Below are positions 8,079 to 16,604 of a stretch of DNA of 29,387 bases, in pieces; within the stretch, counting starts at the first letter, position 1; the number at the start of each line of letters is the position of its first letter. This DNA is from Bacteroidales bacterium (GTDB lineage Bacteria > Bacteroidota > Bacteroidia > Bacteroidales > UBA10428). Made by a program: the position numbers and the translations under genes. The notes below the pieces were generated by a model. That model searched no databases. It had not been told where the DNA came from and worked only from the letters and a program-made list of their open reading frames with translations. The stretch lies in assembly GCA_050049665.1 (NCBI GenBank), contig JASFVU010000001.1, forward strand, positions 1 to 29,387, written 5' to 3'.

Positions 8079-8819
8079 ATGAAAAACAGTCTGATTGTAA
8101 TATTGTTACTGACAGTTGGAATTCCAAAAATCTTTTCTCAAAAAGATACGGTTTTTATTATCAGGACAGATACTGTGTTTGTACCTGAAAAAAAAGATCT
8201 TTATTACAAATCGTTTCTTCAGGGTAGGGAGAAGGAGGTAAAGCATTTGTGGAAGCTTAATCTGACAGACCTCGTGCTGGTAAAACCTAACATAGGACTG
8301 GAATGGAAGATAGGAAGATCTTTTTCGTCCGATACTTACCTGGCTTATGGTTTTGATTTTTATCCGTCTTTTTTTGAAGGTTCCGGGGGGACAGCGGCAG
8401 ATATTCGCCAGCAGTTTAAATACTATTACAACTTTAAAAGACGTGAAAGAATGGGAAAAAGGGTAAATGGATTTTCAGGCAACTACGTGTCGGTTATCCT
8501 GTTCGGCAATAATAGTATTGATGGTTATGAAATCGTCAACCAGGGTAATAATATCAGTGTTTCGTCGTACAGGATCAATTATGGAATAGGCTTGCGCTAT
8601 GGTTTACAGAGAAGGATAGGGAATATGGGGTACATTGAGCCATATATAGGAATAAACTATCAGATTTCAGATGTCGAGGATAGTATGTCATCAATTACTA
8701 ATTATCCGGGCCCTTATTCGGAAACATACAGGGTTCGCGAGTTTAAACCTTGTATTGGGCTCAAGGCAGGTTTTGCCATAAGTTCTGTTCGTAATTTAAA
8801 GAAAGTTGTCAAAAATTAA
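8079..8819 (+). CDS. Outer-membrane beta-barrel protein, DUF3575-like
   Basis: Signal peptide, WKLNL...PNIGLE motif and amphipathic aromatic-rich strands (YGIGLRYGLQRR, YIEPYIGINY, IGLKAGFA). Confidence 0.6.
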   Translation: MKNSLIVILLLTVGIPKIFSQKDTVFIIRTDTVFVPEKKDLYYKSFLQGREKEVKHLWKLNLTDLVLVKPNIGLEWKIGRSFSSDTYLAYGFDFYPSFFEGSGGTAADIRQQFKYYYNFKRRERMGKRVNGFSGNYVSVILFGNNSIDGYEIVNQGNNISVSSYRINYGIGLRYGLQRRIGNMGYIEPYIGINYQISDVEDSMSSITNYPGPYSETYRVREFKPCIGLKAGFAISSVRNLKKVVKN

Positions 8820-8830
8820 ATGCTGCAAAG

Positions 8831-9745
8831 TTGAAAAGATCGTTGTTCATATTGTTTATATTGTTTGGCTTCCTGATATCTGTTGCTGTAGCCCAGGAAA
8901 AGACTATTCTGCTTACCCGTACAACAGAAAAATCTTTTACGACGGGGAATAACCCGGAAATTATCATAAATGCTGAAAGAGGTATGATCAATATTAAATC
9001 CTGGGAGAAGGAAGAAGTTAAGGTCAGGCTCAAACTCATTGCAAAAAACAGGGATGTTCAAAAAGCCCGCGAAGAATTGGATTATATGCATTATAGCATA
9101 TCTGAAAATCTGAATTCAATCTATGTGAATAACCGAATGAGACCAGAAGAAAATGATCAGCTTATATCAAGTATAATCCGCGCAGAGTATGAAATTACGG
9201 TGCCAAAGAATATCGAAATACATCTCGATAACAGTTTTGGTAAGGTACAAGTGGAAAATATTGAGGGAAAGCTGTACGGAGAGTTGTATTATAGTGATAT
9301 GGTTTTATCCGGGTATTCCGGTGAATTGGACCTGCAGATCTTTATTGGAGATTTTACTTCAGAAAATTCTCATCTCTCAGGCCGTCTGATTACCAAACAT
9401 TCAAACATATTAATCAGTAGAACAGGTGGAAAACTCCATATGGAAACCCAATACGGCAACCTTCAGCTAATATATGGAGAAAAAGTTCTTTTATTGAATG
9501 TAATCAGCAATGCTTCGGATATTATTGTTAATAACCCGCTTTGCCGTACTATTAAGCTTCGTATTGCCGGGGCGTATTGTCCGCTGAAGAATATAGATAT
9601 GTGTTACACACCTGAAAAAGAATATTATAAATTTAATTACGCAAAGAATCAACAGGAAAGATGGATGTTAACATATTATCCGCCTGAAAAAGCGTCGAGA
9701 TTATATATCAGCGCAAGATTTGGAACAGTTAGTCTTTGTAAGTGA
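8831..9745 (+). CDS. Exported DUF4097-like beta-strand repeat protein
   Basis: Signal peptide, KSF...I.I...RG.INIKSW....V.V N-terminus and repeating short beta strands (NSFGKVQV, TQYGNLQL, ARFGTVSL). TTG start as in the ORF track. Confidence 0.6.
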   Translation: MKRSLFILFILFGFLISVAVAQEKTILLTRTTEKSFTTGNNPEIIINAERGMINIKSWEKEEVKVRLKLIAKNRDVQKAREELDYMHYSISENLNSIYVNNRMRPEENDQLISSIIRAEYEITVPKNIEIHLDNSFGKVQVENIEGKLYGELYYSDMVLSGYSGELDLQIFIGDFTSENSHLSGRLITKHSNILISRTGGKLHMETQYGNLQLIYGEKVLLLNVISNASDIIVNNPLCRTIKLRIAGAYCPLKNIDMCYTPEKEYYKFNYAKNQQERWMLTYYPPEKASRLYISARFGTVSLCK

Positions 9746-9809
9746 GGATAAATCATGGGCATTTGCAGTATCTGTTCAAAAAATCAGATGACATCGCAAT
9801 ATCAGCTTG

Positions 9810-10664
9810 TTATGTAAGAGTATTCACCAGCCCCTCGCGCCAATTGGCTATCTGGATGCCAAAAACTCTTTTTATTTTACTCATATCCAGCACACTGTAT
9901 GCAGGACGCTTTACCACTGTGGGGTATTGAGAGGAAGGGATGGGGTTGATCTTACAACGTGATCCGGTTAGTTCCATGATCGCTTGTGCAAATTCGTACC
10001 AGCTGCATTTTCCTTCGTTGGCATAGTGGTAGATGCCTCCTGTGCCTGACTTTCCTGCCAGCAACTGCCCTGATATTTGCAGCAAAGCATCTGCCATGTC
10101 GGTGGCTGAGGTGGGTGAGCCGACCTGGTCCGATACTACACTGATCTCATCCTTTTCTTTCCCGAGTCTGATTATTGTTTTTACGAAATTATTGCCGTGA
10201 GCGGAGTACAGCCATGATGTTCTGATCAGCAGATTATTCCTGTTTTTCAGCACTTCTTTTTCTCCGGCAAGCTTACTGGTGCCGTAGACCGATTGAGGAC
10301 CGGGACTGTCCTCTTCCCGGTAAGGTCTGCTGCCATTGCCGTCAAAGACATAATCGGTTGAGATGTGTATCATGATCCCTCCGGCATACTCGGCGGCTTT
10401 GCTAAGGTAAGCAGGCACAAAACAATTCAGGAGAAATGCCTGTTCCTGTTCTTCCTCGGCTTTGTCGACAGCGGTATAGCCGGCGCAGTTGATAATGACC
10501 GAAGGTTTTTCTTTTTTGGCAAAGTTCAGTACAGCTTTTTCATCGGTAAGGTCCAGTTCCTCAATATCCGTAAAGAGAAAACGGCAGTCTTTCAGATCAT
10601 CACGGTGCAGTGAGATCTCGGTTCCCAATTGTCCTTTGGAGCCCGTTACCCATATCGTATGCAT
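9810..10664 (-). CDS. rfbD: dTDP-4-dehydrorhamnose reductase
   Basis: VTGSKGQLG, INCAGYTAVDKAE, HISTDYVFDG, YGTSKLAGE, DQVGSPT and RPAYSVL motifs. Confidence 0.95.
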   Translation of the reverse strand: MHTIWVTGSKGQLGTEISLHRDDLKDCRFLFTDIEELDLTDEKAVLNFAKKEKPSVIINCAGYTAVDKAEEEQEQAFLLNCFVPAYLSKAAEYAGGIMIHISTDYVFDGNGSRPYREEDSPGPQSVYGTSKLAGEKEVLKNRNNLLIRTSWLYSAHGNNFVKTIIRLGKEKDEISVVSDQVGSPTSATDMADALLQISGQLLAGKSGTGGIYHYANEGKCSWYEFAQAIMELTGSRCKINPIPSSQYPTVVKRPAYSVLDMSKIKRVFGIQIANWREGLVNTLT

Positions 10665-10724
10665 ATATTTTCGTATTGATGCGGCGTTAAATTACGATTT
10701 GCATCTGAAATAGAAAAATCCGGA

Positions 10725-10732
10725 CAAATATA
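10725..10732 (-). promoter_or_regulatory. Bacteroidota -7 element (TATATTTG) giving rfbD its own promoter
   Basis: TAnnTTTG match about 60 nt upstream of the rfbD start. Confidence 0.5.
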
Positions 10733-10737
10733 AACAA

Positions 10738-11054
10738 GGCCGTTAGGTGTGAATTATCAGATTATCCTAAATTTTCATGGAATGAACGAAAGATTATCCT
10801 GCCTGATGTCGTTATTGTAATATGCCATACCTACGGCATTTTCTACCGGTTTGTTATGCCATTTACTACCGGGATTTCACACCTACGGTGTTAGGTTATG
10901 GTTTAAAAATGAAACGGATAACAGGGTATTTTAAGACTGGCATATCGGTTAAGAATGAATTTTTTCCCATGATAAGCCCGTCAGGGCTGACATATCGGTA
11001 GGTAAAAATACAGGCAATAGCCATAAAACCCCGTTAGGGGTGAAATATCCGTTA
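10738..11054. repeat. Cluster of five REP-like short palindromes (CCGT(T/C)AGG-N-TGA(A/C)AT type) in both orientations
   Basis: Plus copies: GGCCGTTAGGTGTGAATT (10738), GCCCGTCAGGGCTGACATATCGGTAG (10976), ACCCCGTTAGGGGTGAAATATCCGTTA (about 11028). Minus copies: ATGCCGTAGGTATGGCATATT (10819-10839), ACACCGTAGGTGTGAAATCCCGGTAG (10866-10891). Confidence 0.7.
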
Positions 11055-11070
11055 TGGGTCAGGACATGGA

Positions 11071-11658
11071 TTAAAAGCAAAATCCCGTTTTTATAAAAGC
11101 TTTCATCATGGTGACCGGCGGATCGAACCAGGGAAAGGAACCTATTGCGGCTCCGATCGAAATATACAGCGGGTCGATCGGATAGAACTGAACAGAAGGT
11201 TCGATGCCAAAATACCACCACCAGAAATCGTCAATATTTTCATTTGTTTCGAAAATGATATCCCACGCTCCCGCTACCTGTATTTTGAATTTTTTTACGG
11301 GAGCGAACAGATAGGACGGATACAATCCGATAAAGGGGTGGGTATTGATCTGATCGTAATTCCAGGCTGTTAATGCAGTTTCCCAATACAGTCCTGTGCG
11401 GATCCCGGCAAAGAAATGGTTTTTCCCCACACCAAATACTTTCCTGTCGTATCCCAAAGAAATTTCGGGGTTTGAATACATGTTGCTGTTTTCTCCCCGT
11501 TGTTCGATATGATTGTCCAGTCTCAGGTAAAGAATGTTTTTCTGATCAAAGTTTTTCTGGTTTCTTTTTGTTTTGGATTCCTGGCCGTAAAGCATTGCCT
11601 CTGAAGAAACAGATGAAAACAGGATGAATGCAAGGAAAAATAGTAATTGATCTTTCAT
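11071..11658 (-). CDS. Hypothetical exported protein, likely small outer-membrane beta-barrel
   Basis: Signal peptide, alternating hydrophobic/aromatic strands and C-terminal Phe (AFIKTGFCF); no family recognised. Confidence 0.6.
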   Translation of the reverse strand: MKDQLLFFLAFILFSSVSSEAMLYGQESKTKRNQKNFDQKNILYLRLDNHIEQRGENSNMYSNPEISLGYDRKVFGVGKNHFFAGIRTGLYWETALTAWNYDQINTHPFIGLYPSYLFAPVKKFKIQVAGAWDIIFETNENIDDFWWWYFGIEPSVQFYPIDPLYISIGAAIGSFPWFDPPVTMMKAFIKTGFCF

Positions 11659-12042
11659 AGTAATACGGTTTGATTGTAAGTTTTAGAGCATAAACTTTTA
11701 GTTTTTCAGCGTTCATTGCTCATTATGGAAATGATCCGTTATTGCATTTTGTTACAATAAAAGTGTAATTAATGGTTGCTGGTCAAAAAGAGGATGAATT
11801 GATGAACTGGTAAACTGAATTAAATGAAATATACGATCAGTTCTGAATGAACAAATTCCAAAAGACAAATCTCAATACTCAAAGGCCTGTTTAATCGTGT
11901 AATCGTGAGATTGATTAATTGATGAACCGGTGAACTGAATTAAATGAAATATACGATTAGCCTTCCTGAATTTTCATTTTATCGGTTATTCGATTGCCCA
12001 GATCTTATATTATCCAGCAGCTTTTCTATTAATTACCGTCTG

Positions 12043-12258
12043 GGAAAAATAGCGTAGCAATTGAAGTAAGACTTTCAGGCGGGAGGGCATTTTGGAGGAA
12101 TTTTGTCTGAGCGACGACGAAGGAGGAGAGAGTTTAATTCCGCAGGGAGAAAGGCTTACGGTAGAATTCAAGCTATTTTTCCTGAACGGAGACCTTTTTT
12201 GTTTCCTTTTTTATGTGGATGATAAAAAAGGAAATCGAACTGTTAGGGAACAGTTCGA
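12043..12258. other. Multi-hairpin non-coding element (candidate structured RNA or MITE-like element)
   Basis: Stems in one register: 12043-12053 with 12172-12182 (11/11) and 12066-12076 with 12149-12159 (10/11). These are followed by a perfect 13 bp hairpin (12202-12234) and a perfect 10 bp hairpin (12235-12258). Confidence 0.6.
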
Positions 12259-12339
12259 AAGAGGGGCATGTGAGATGGGAAAAAATTCAATAACGAATAT
12301 CCAATGTTGAAGTAAATATTTTCAGGTATCATTGATACT

Positions 12340-12415
12340 GGCTTTGTCCGCCGTAACCTTGTGGAGATGGGCTTTGCCATACGAAGCCCCGAGGTCTCGG
12401 GGTGAAGGATGGTTA
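12340..12415. repeat. Degenerate REP-like doublet containing the palindrome CCCCGA-GGTC-TCGGGG (12387-12402)
   Basis: The palindrome is seen directly; TTGTCCGCCGTAACCTTGTGGAGATGGG upstream resembles dispersed palindromic repeats of Bacteroidota (family resemblance is recollection). Confidence 0.5.
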
Positions 12416-12625
12416 GCTTTTGGCAATTAGTTCATTGGGTGCTGGGTACTTGTTTCCTGATACTTGTTGCTGGATGACCAATGTTTAATCGTGCAATTGT
12501 ATAATTGGTGAACTGATGAACTGGTAAACTGAATTAAATGAAATAAACGATTGGCTTTCCGGAATCTTCATTTCATTCAACTCATCGATTAATTCAATTC
12601 ATCACCTCATCAGGTATAGACGTTT

Positions 12626-13180
12626 TCAGAACTTAAAATTATTCTTTGCATCGCCGAAGCCCGGTAATTTGCTGTCCTTTTCGGAAAGGATGATCTTATT
12701 ACCGGGTATTTTCCAGTCGATGCCCAGAAAAGGGTCATTGTAAATAATGCCGGCATCGTATTCGGGAGCATAAAATTCGTCGCACTTATAAAATACGGTT
12801 GCGATTTCCGACAGAACGGAAAAGCCATGTGCAAATCCTTTGGGGATCAGCAGTTGTTTTTTATTCTCTCCGGAAAGTTCTATGCCAAACCATTTTCCAT
12901 AGCTTGGGGAGTCCTTTCTTATGTCAACGGCAATATCGAGTATGGTTCCGCTGAGGACCCGGACAAGTTTGGTCTGGGCTTTTGGTTCCATCTGGTAGTG
13001 CAAACCGCGCACTGTTCCATACCCCGATCTTGATTCGTTATCCTGAACAAAATTATGCCGGATACCCTCTTTGTTCAGTTTTGATTTGTTGTAGCTTTCA
13101 AAGAAATATCCCCGGTTGTCTTCAAAAACACGGGGTTCAATGATGATGAGATCTTTTATGGGTGTTTCCGTAAGCTTCAT
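12626..13180 (-). CDS. rfbC: dTDP-4-dehydrorhamnose 3,5-epimerase
   Basis: DNRGYFFESY, QDNESRS..GTVRGLHYQ, KLVRV and IPKGFAHGFSVL motifs. Confidence 0.95.
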   Translation of the reverse strand: MKLTETPIKDLIIIEPRVFEDNRGYFFESYNKSKLNKEGIRHNFVQDNESRSGYGTVRGLHYQMEPKAQTKLVRVLSGTILDIAVDIRKDSPSYGKWFGIELSGENKKQLLIPKGFAHGFSVLSEIATVFYKCDEFYAPEYDAGIIYNDPFLGIDWKIPGNKIILSEKDSKLPGFGDAKNNFKF

Positions 13181-13189
13181 GAATGATTG

Positions 13190-14074
13190 TTAATCAAACG
13201 TTATGATCTGATCTGCAGCCAGCTTTTTCAGGTACTGGCCGTATTGATTTTTTTCCAGGGATTTTGCCAGTTTCAGCAGTTGTTTTTTATCGATATAGCC
13301 TCTTTTGTAAGCAATTTCCTCGGGACAGGACACTTTCAGCCCCTGCCTCTTTTCAATGGTATAGATATAATTGGATGCCTGAACAAGGCTTTCATGGGTT
13401 CCGGTGTCCAGCCAGGCCATGCCGCGTCCCAATATTTTGACCTTCAGCCTTGCTTCATCAAGATACTTCCTGTTCAGATCTGTTATTTCCAGTTCTCCCC
13501 TGGCCGAGGGTTTAAGACTTTTGGCTTTTTCAATCACATCATTGCTATAGAAATACAATCCGGTAACAGCGTAATTCGATTTGGGTTTTTGTGGTTTTTC
13601 CTCTATGCTAATGGCATTCAGACTCCTGTCAAACTCTACCACACCATACCGTTCGGGATCATTCACATAGTATCCGAATACGATGGCCCCGTCATCAAAT
13701 TCTGCCGTTTGAATTAATTCTTTTCCGAATCCGTGTCCGTAAAATATGTTGTCACCAAGTATAAGGCATGCTTTTTCTTTGCCAATAAACTGTTCACCAA
13801 TGATGAAAGCCTGTGCCAGTCCGTCGGGAGACGGTTGTTCTTCATAAGAGATGGATAAGCCGAACTGTCTTCCGTCTTTCAGGAGTTTTTCGAAGAGAGG
13901 GAGATCTGTGGGAGTGCTTATAATGAGAATATCCCTTATCCCGGCAAGCATCAGTACCGACATAGGATAATAGATCATTGGCTTATCGTATACGGGAAGT
14001 ATTTGTTTTGATATGGTACCGGTCAAAGGATAAAGTCTTGTACCGGAACCTCCGGCAAGGATAATTCCTTTCAT
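13190..14074 (-). CDS. rfbA: Glucose-1-phosphate thymidylyltransferase
   Basis: [36 protein letters not shown] and [15 protein letters not shown] motifs. Confidence 0.97.
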   Translation of the reverse strand: MKGIILAGGSGTRLYPLTGTISKQILPVYDKPMIYYPMSVLMLAGIRDILIISTPTDLPLFEKLLKDGRQFGLSISYEEQPSPDGLAQAFIIGEQFIGKEKACLILGDNIFYGHGFGKELIQTAEFDDGAIVFGYYVNDPERYGVVEFDRSLNAISIEEKPQKPKSNYAVTGLYFYSNDVIEKAKSLKPSARGELEITDLNRKYLDEARLKVKILGRGMAWLDTGTHESLVQASNYIYTIEKRQGLKVSCPEEIAYKRGYIDKKQLLKLAKSLEKNQYGQYLKKLAADQIITFD

Positions 14075-14084
14075 GGCAAGGCTT

Positions 14085-15026
14085 TTATTTTATTAATAAT
14101 GTTTTGAAATACTCTATTGTTTTCATCAGTCCCTCCTTAAGTTGAACGGAAGGCTCCCAGTTTAAGAGTTCTTTTGCTTTTGATATATCAGGCTTTCTTT
14201 GGGTCGGATCATCTTCAGGAAGGGGCTCAAAGACCAGTTTTGATTTTGAACCGGTCAGTTCAATTATTTTTTCGGCCAGCTGAAGGATCGTAAATTCGTT
14301 GGGATTACCAAGATTAACAGGTCCCGTAACCTCATCCGGAGTATTCATCATCCTGATCATTCCATCGATCAGATCATCGATATACTGGAAACTGCGTGTC
14401 TGTGATCCTTCTCCGTATATGGTTATGTCCTCGTTTAACAATGCCTGTACAATGAAGTTGGATACTACCCTTCCGTCGTTCGGATGCATCTTCGGCCCAT
14501 AGGTATTGAAAATGCGCACAATTTTTATCCTCACATTGTTTTGGTTGTGATAATCCATAAACAAAGTTTCGGCACACCGTTTGCCTTCATCATAACATGC
14601 CCTTCTTCCGATCGGATTCACATGTCCCCAGTAATGCTCCGACTGGGGATGTATTTCCGGGTCGCCATAGACCTCACTGGTTGATGCCTGTAAAATTTTG
14701 GCCCTGATCCGTTTGGCCAGGCCCAGCATATTGACCGAACCCATTACAGATGTTTTGATCGTCTTAATGGGATTATACTGGTAATGAATGGGGGAAGCCG
14801 GACAGGCCAGGTTATAGATCTCATCCACCTCGATGTAAAAGGGTGAAGTGATGTCATGACGGATCAGTTCAAAATACGGATGTTCTGTCAGGTGGATAAT
14901 ATTGCGTTTTGAACCTGTAAAATAGTTATCGACACAGATCACCTCATTGCCCTCGTTTAACAATCGTTCGCAAAGATGTGAGCCGACAAAACCGGCACCA
15001 CCTGTTACAAGTATTTTTTTCATCAT
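14085..15026 (-). CDS. UDP-glucuronic acid decarboxylase (UDP-xylose synthase), extended SDR
   Basis: [53 protein letters not shown] and [13 protein letters not shown] motifs typical of UXS rather than RmlB. ATG at 15026 preferred; the ORF track extends to 15041. Confidence 0.88.
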   Translation of the reverse strand: MMKKILVTGGAGFVGSHLCERLLNEGNEVICVDNYFTGSKRNIIHLTEHPYFELIRHDITSPFYIEVDEIYNLACPASPIHYQYNPIKTIKTSVMGSVNMLGLAKRIRAKILQASTSEVYGDPEIHPQSEHYWGHVNPIGRRACYDEGKRCAETLFMDYHNQNNVRIKIVRIFNTYGPKMHPNDGRVVSNFIVQALLNEDITIYGEGSQTRSFQYIDDLIDGMIRMMNTPDEVTGPVNLGNPNEFTILQLAEKIIELTGSKSKLVFEPLPEDDPTQRKPDISKAKELLNWEPSVQLKEGLMKTIEYFKTLLIK

Positions 15027-15046
15027 TCTTTGCATAGCCAAAAGAT

Positions 15047-16369
15047 CTAAGAAGTTTTCCTGCCGATACCAAAGTAGTTAAATCCGTGTTCTTTTACTTC
15101 AGCAGGGTCGTATATATTTCGTCCGTCAAAAATAATCTTATTTTTCAGCAGCTTTGCCAGCACTTTGTAGTTGGGTATCCGGAATTCCGACCATTCGGTA
15201 ACCAGCACCAGGGCATCGGCATCCACGGCTGCTTCATACATGTCTGTGCAAAATTCGATCTTCGAACCCAGGATCCTTTTGGCTTCTTCCATGGCTACCG
15301 GATCGTAAGCCTTGATAACTGCCCCCAGGTCAAGCAATTTTTCAATGATCGTCAGCGAAGGGGCTTCTCTCATATCGTCTGTGTTGGGCTTAAAAGATAA
15401 GCCCCAAAGGCAAATGGTTTTTCCTTTGAGCTTTCCTTCGAAGTGGGTGTTGATCTTTTTGAACAGGACCAGCTTCTGGTCGTTATTGACATCTTCGACA
15501 GCCTGAAGTATCCTGAGCGGATGCTTCCTTTCCATCCCTGTCTTGATCAATGCCTTAACATCTTTCGGAAAGCATGAACCGCCATAGCCTGCTCCCGGAT
15601 AAATGAACTTGTTGCCAATGCGAGGATCGCTTCCGATCCCTTTTCTTACCATGTTTACATCGGCCCCGACAATTTCGCACAGATTGGCAATGTCATTCAT
15701 AAAACTGATTTTTGTTGCCAGCATGGAATTAGCTGCATATTTGGTCAGTTCGGCAGAAGGAATATCCATAAATAACAGAGGATGTCCGTTCAGAAGGAAA
15801 GGTTTATATAACCTTGCCATGATCTTTTCCGATCTTTCAGACTCCGTGCCGATAATGATCCTGTCAGGTTTCAGGAAGTCTTCTATAGCAGAACCTTCTT
15901 TCAGAAATTCGGGATTGGAAGCCACATCAAATTTCTGGTCCAGGTTTCGCTTGTCAAGTTCCTTTTGGATAGCGGCTTTCACTTTTTTGGAAGTTTCTAT
16001 CGGAACCGTACTTTTGGTGACGGCAACCAGGTAGTTATTCATATATTTTCCGATGTCGGAAGCCACTTCAAGAACATATTTCAGGTCGGCACTTCCGTCT
16101 TCGTCGGGGGGGGTACCAACAGCGATGAAAACAGCGTCGCAACCGTCTATATGATTTTTCAGATCCGTATCAAAATGAAGACGTCCTTTTTCAGCGTTTC
16201 TGTCAACCATGGTTTTTAACCCGGGTTCATAAATGGGGAGGACGCCTTTCCTGAGGTTTTCAATTTTCTTTTTGTCAATATCAATACAAATCACATCAAT
16301 GCCCGTTTCGGCAAAACAGGTACCGGTTACCAAACCGACATATCCTGTTCCAATAATCGCAATTTTCAT
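15047..16369 (-). CDS. ugd: UDP-glucose/GDP-mannose 6-dehydrogenase
   Basis: [41 protein letters not shown], catalytic [10 protein letters not shown] and [10 protein letters not shown] motifs. Confidence 0.95.
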   Translation of the reverse strand: MKIAIIGTGYVGLVTGTCFAETGIDVICIDIDKKKIENLRKGVLPIYEPGLKTMVDRNAEKGRLHFDTDLKNHIDGCDAVFIAVGTPPDEDGSADLKYVLEVASDIGKYMNNYLVAVTKSTVPIETSKKVKAAIQKELDKRNLDQKFDVASNPEFLKEGSAIEDFLKPDRIIIGTESERSEKIMARLYKPFLLNGHPLLFMDIPSAELTKYAANSMLATKISFMNDIANLCEIVGADVNMVRKGIGSDPRIGNKFIYPGAGYGGSCFPKDVKALIKTGMERKHPLRILQAVEDVNNDQKLVLFKKINTHFEGKLKGKTICLWGLSFKPNTDDMREAPSLTIIEKLLDLGAVIKAYDPVAMEEAKRILGSKIEFCTDMYEAAVDADALVLVTEWSEFRIPNYKVLAKLLKNKIIFDGRNIYDPAEVKEHGFNYFGIGRKTS

Positions 16370-16386
16370 AACGTTTTAATTTCCTC

Positions 16387-16394
16387 CAAAAATA
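16387..16394 (-). promoter_or_regulatory. Bacteroidota -7 element (TATTTTTG) upstream of ugd
   Basis: TAnnTTTG match 18 nt upstream of the start codon; implies a very short leader. Confidence 0.45.
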
Positions 16395-16542
16395 ATCGCC
16401 TTGAACAGATAAAAAAAATTATTAAACGAGATTAATGGATTTTGGGAATCATTGACGTTGAATATAAGTCGGAATTAGCTTATTTTCTTAAGCTAAATGC
16501 AGTATTTTTCACTAATAGTTAGTATTTTATCCAATAAAATTT

Positions 16543-16550
16543 TAGTTTTG
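16543..16550 (+). promoter_or_regulatory. Bacteroidota -7 element (TAGTTTTG) upstream of rpsA
   Basis: TAnnTTTG followed by CAGC, 55 nt upstream of the rpsA ATG. Confidence 0.6.
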
Positions 16551-16604
16551 CAGCCTGTTTTTGAATCAATATAATGTCTAACTTATTAATTTATTGTTTG
16601 TTAA

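Larger units (their letters stand above)
11793..12573 (+). repeat. Three dispersed direct copies of a 45-92 bp repeat (11793-11837, 11888-11979, 12482-12573)
   Basis: Core TGATGAAC(T/C)GGT(A/G)AACTGAATTAAATGAAATA(T/A)ACGAT in all three; copies 2 and 3 align without gaps over 92 bp with 15 mismatches by hand count. Confidence 0.9.

Noticed and set aside
12092-12310. 72 aa ORF from the track
   Set aside because: TTG start, no recognisable motif, and it overlaps strong hairpins that better explain the sequence.
11793-12573. CRISPR array interpretation of the triplicated repeat
   Set aside because: Only three copies with unequal spacing (120 and 594 bp), divergent units of unequal length, and no cas genes.
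14085-15026. Calling the SDR gene rfbB/rmlB
   Set aside because: Its motifs ([21 protein letters not shown]) match UDP-glucuronate decarboxylases; RmlB-type motifs such as HLAAESHVDRSI are absent.
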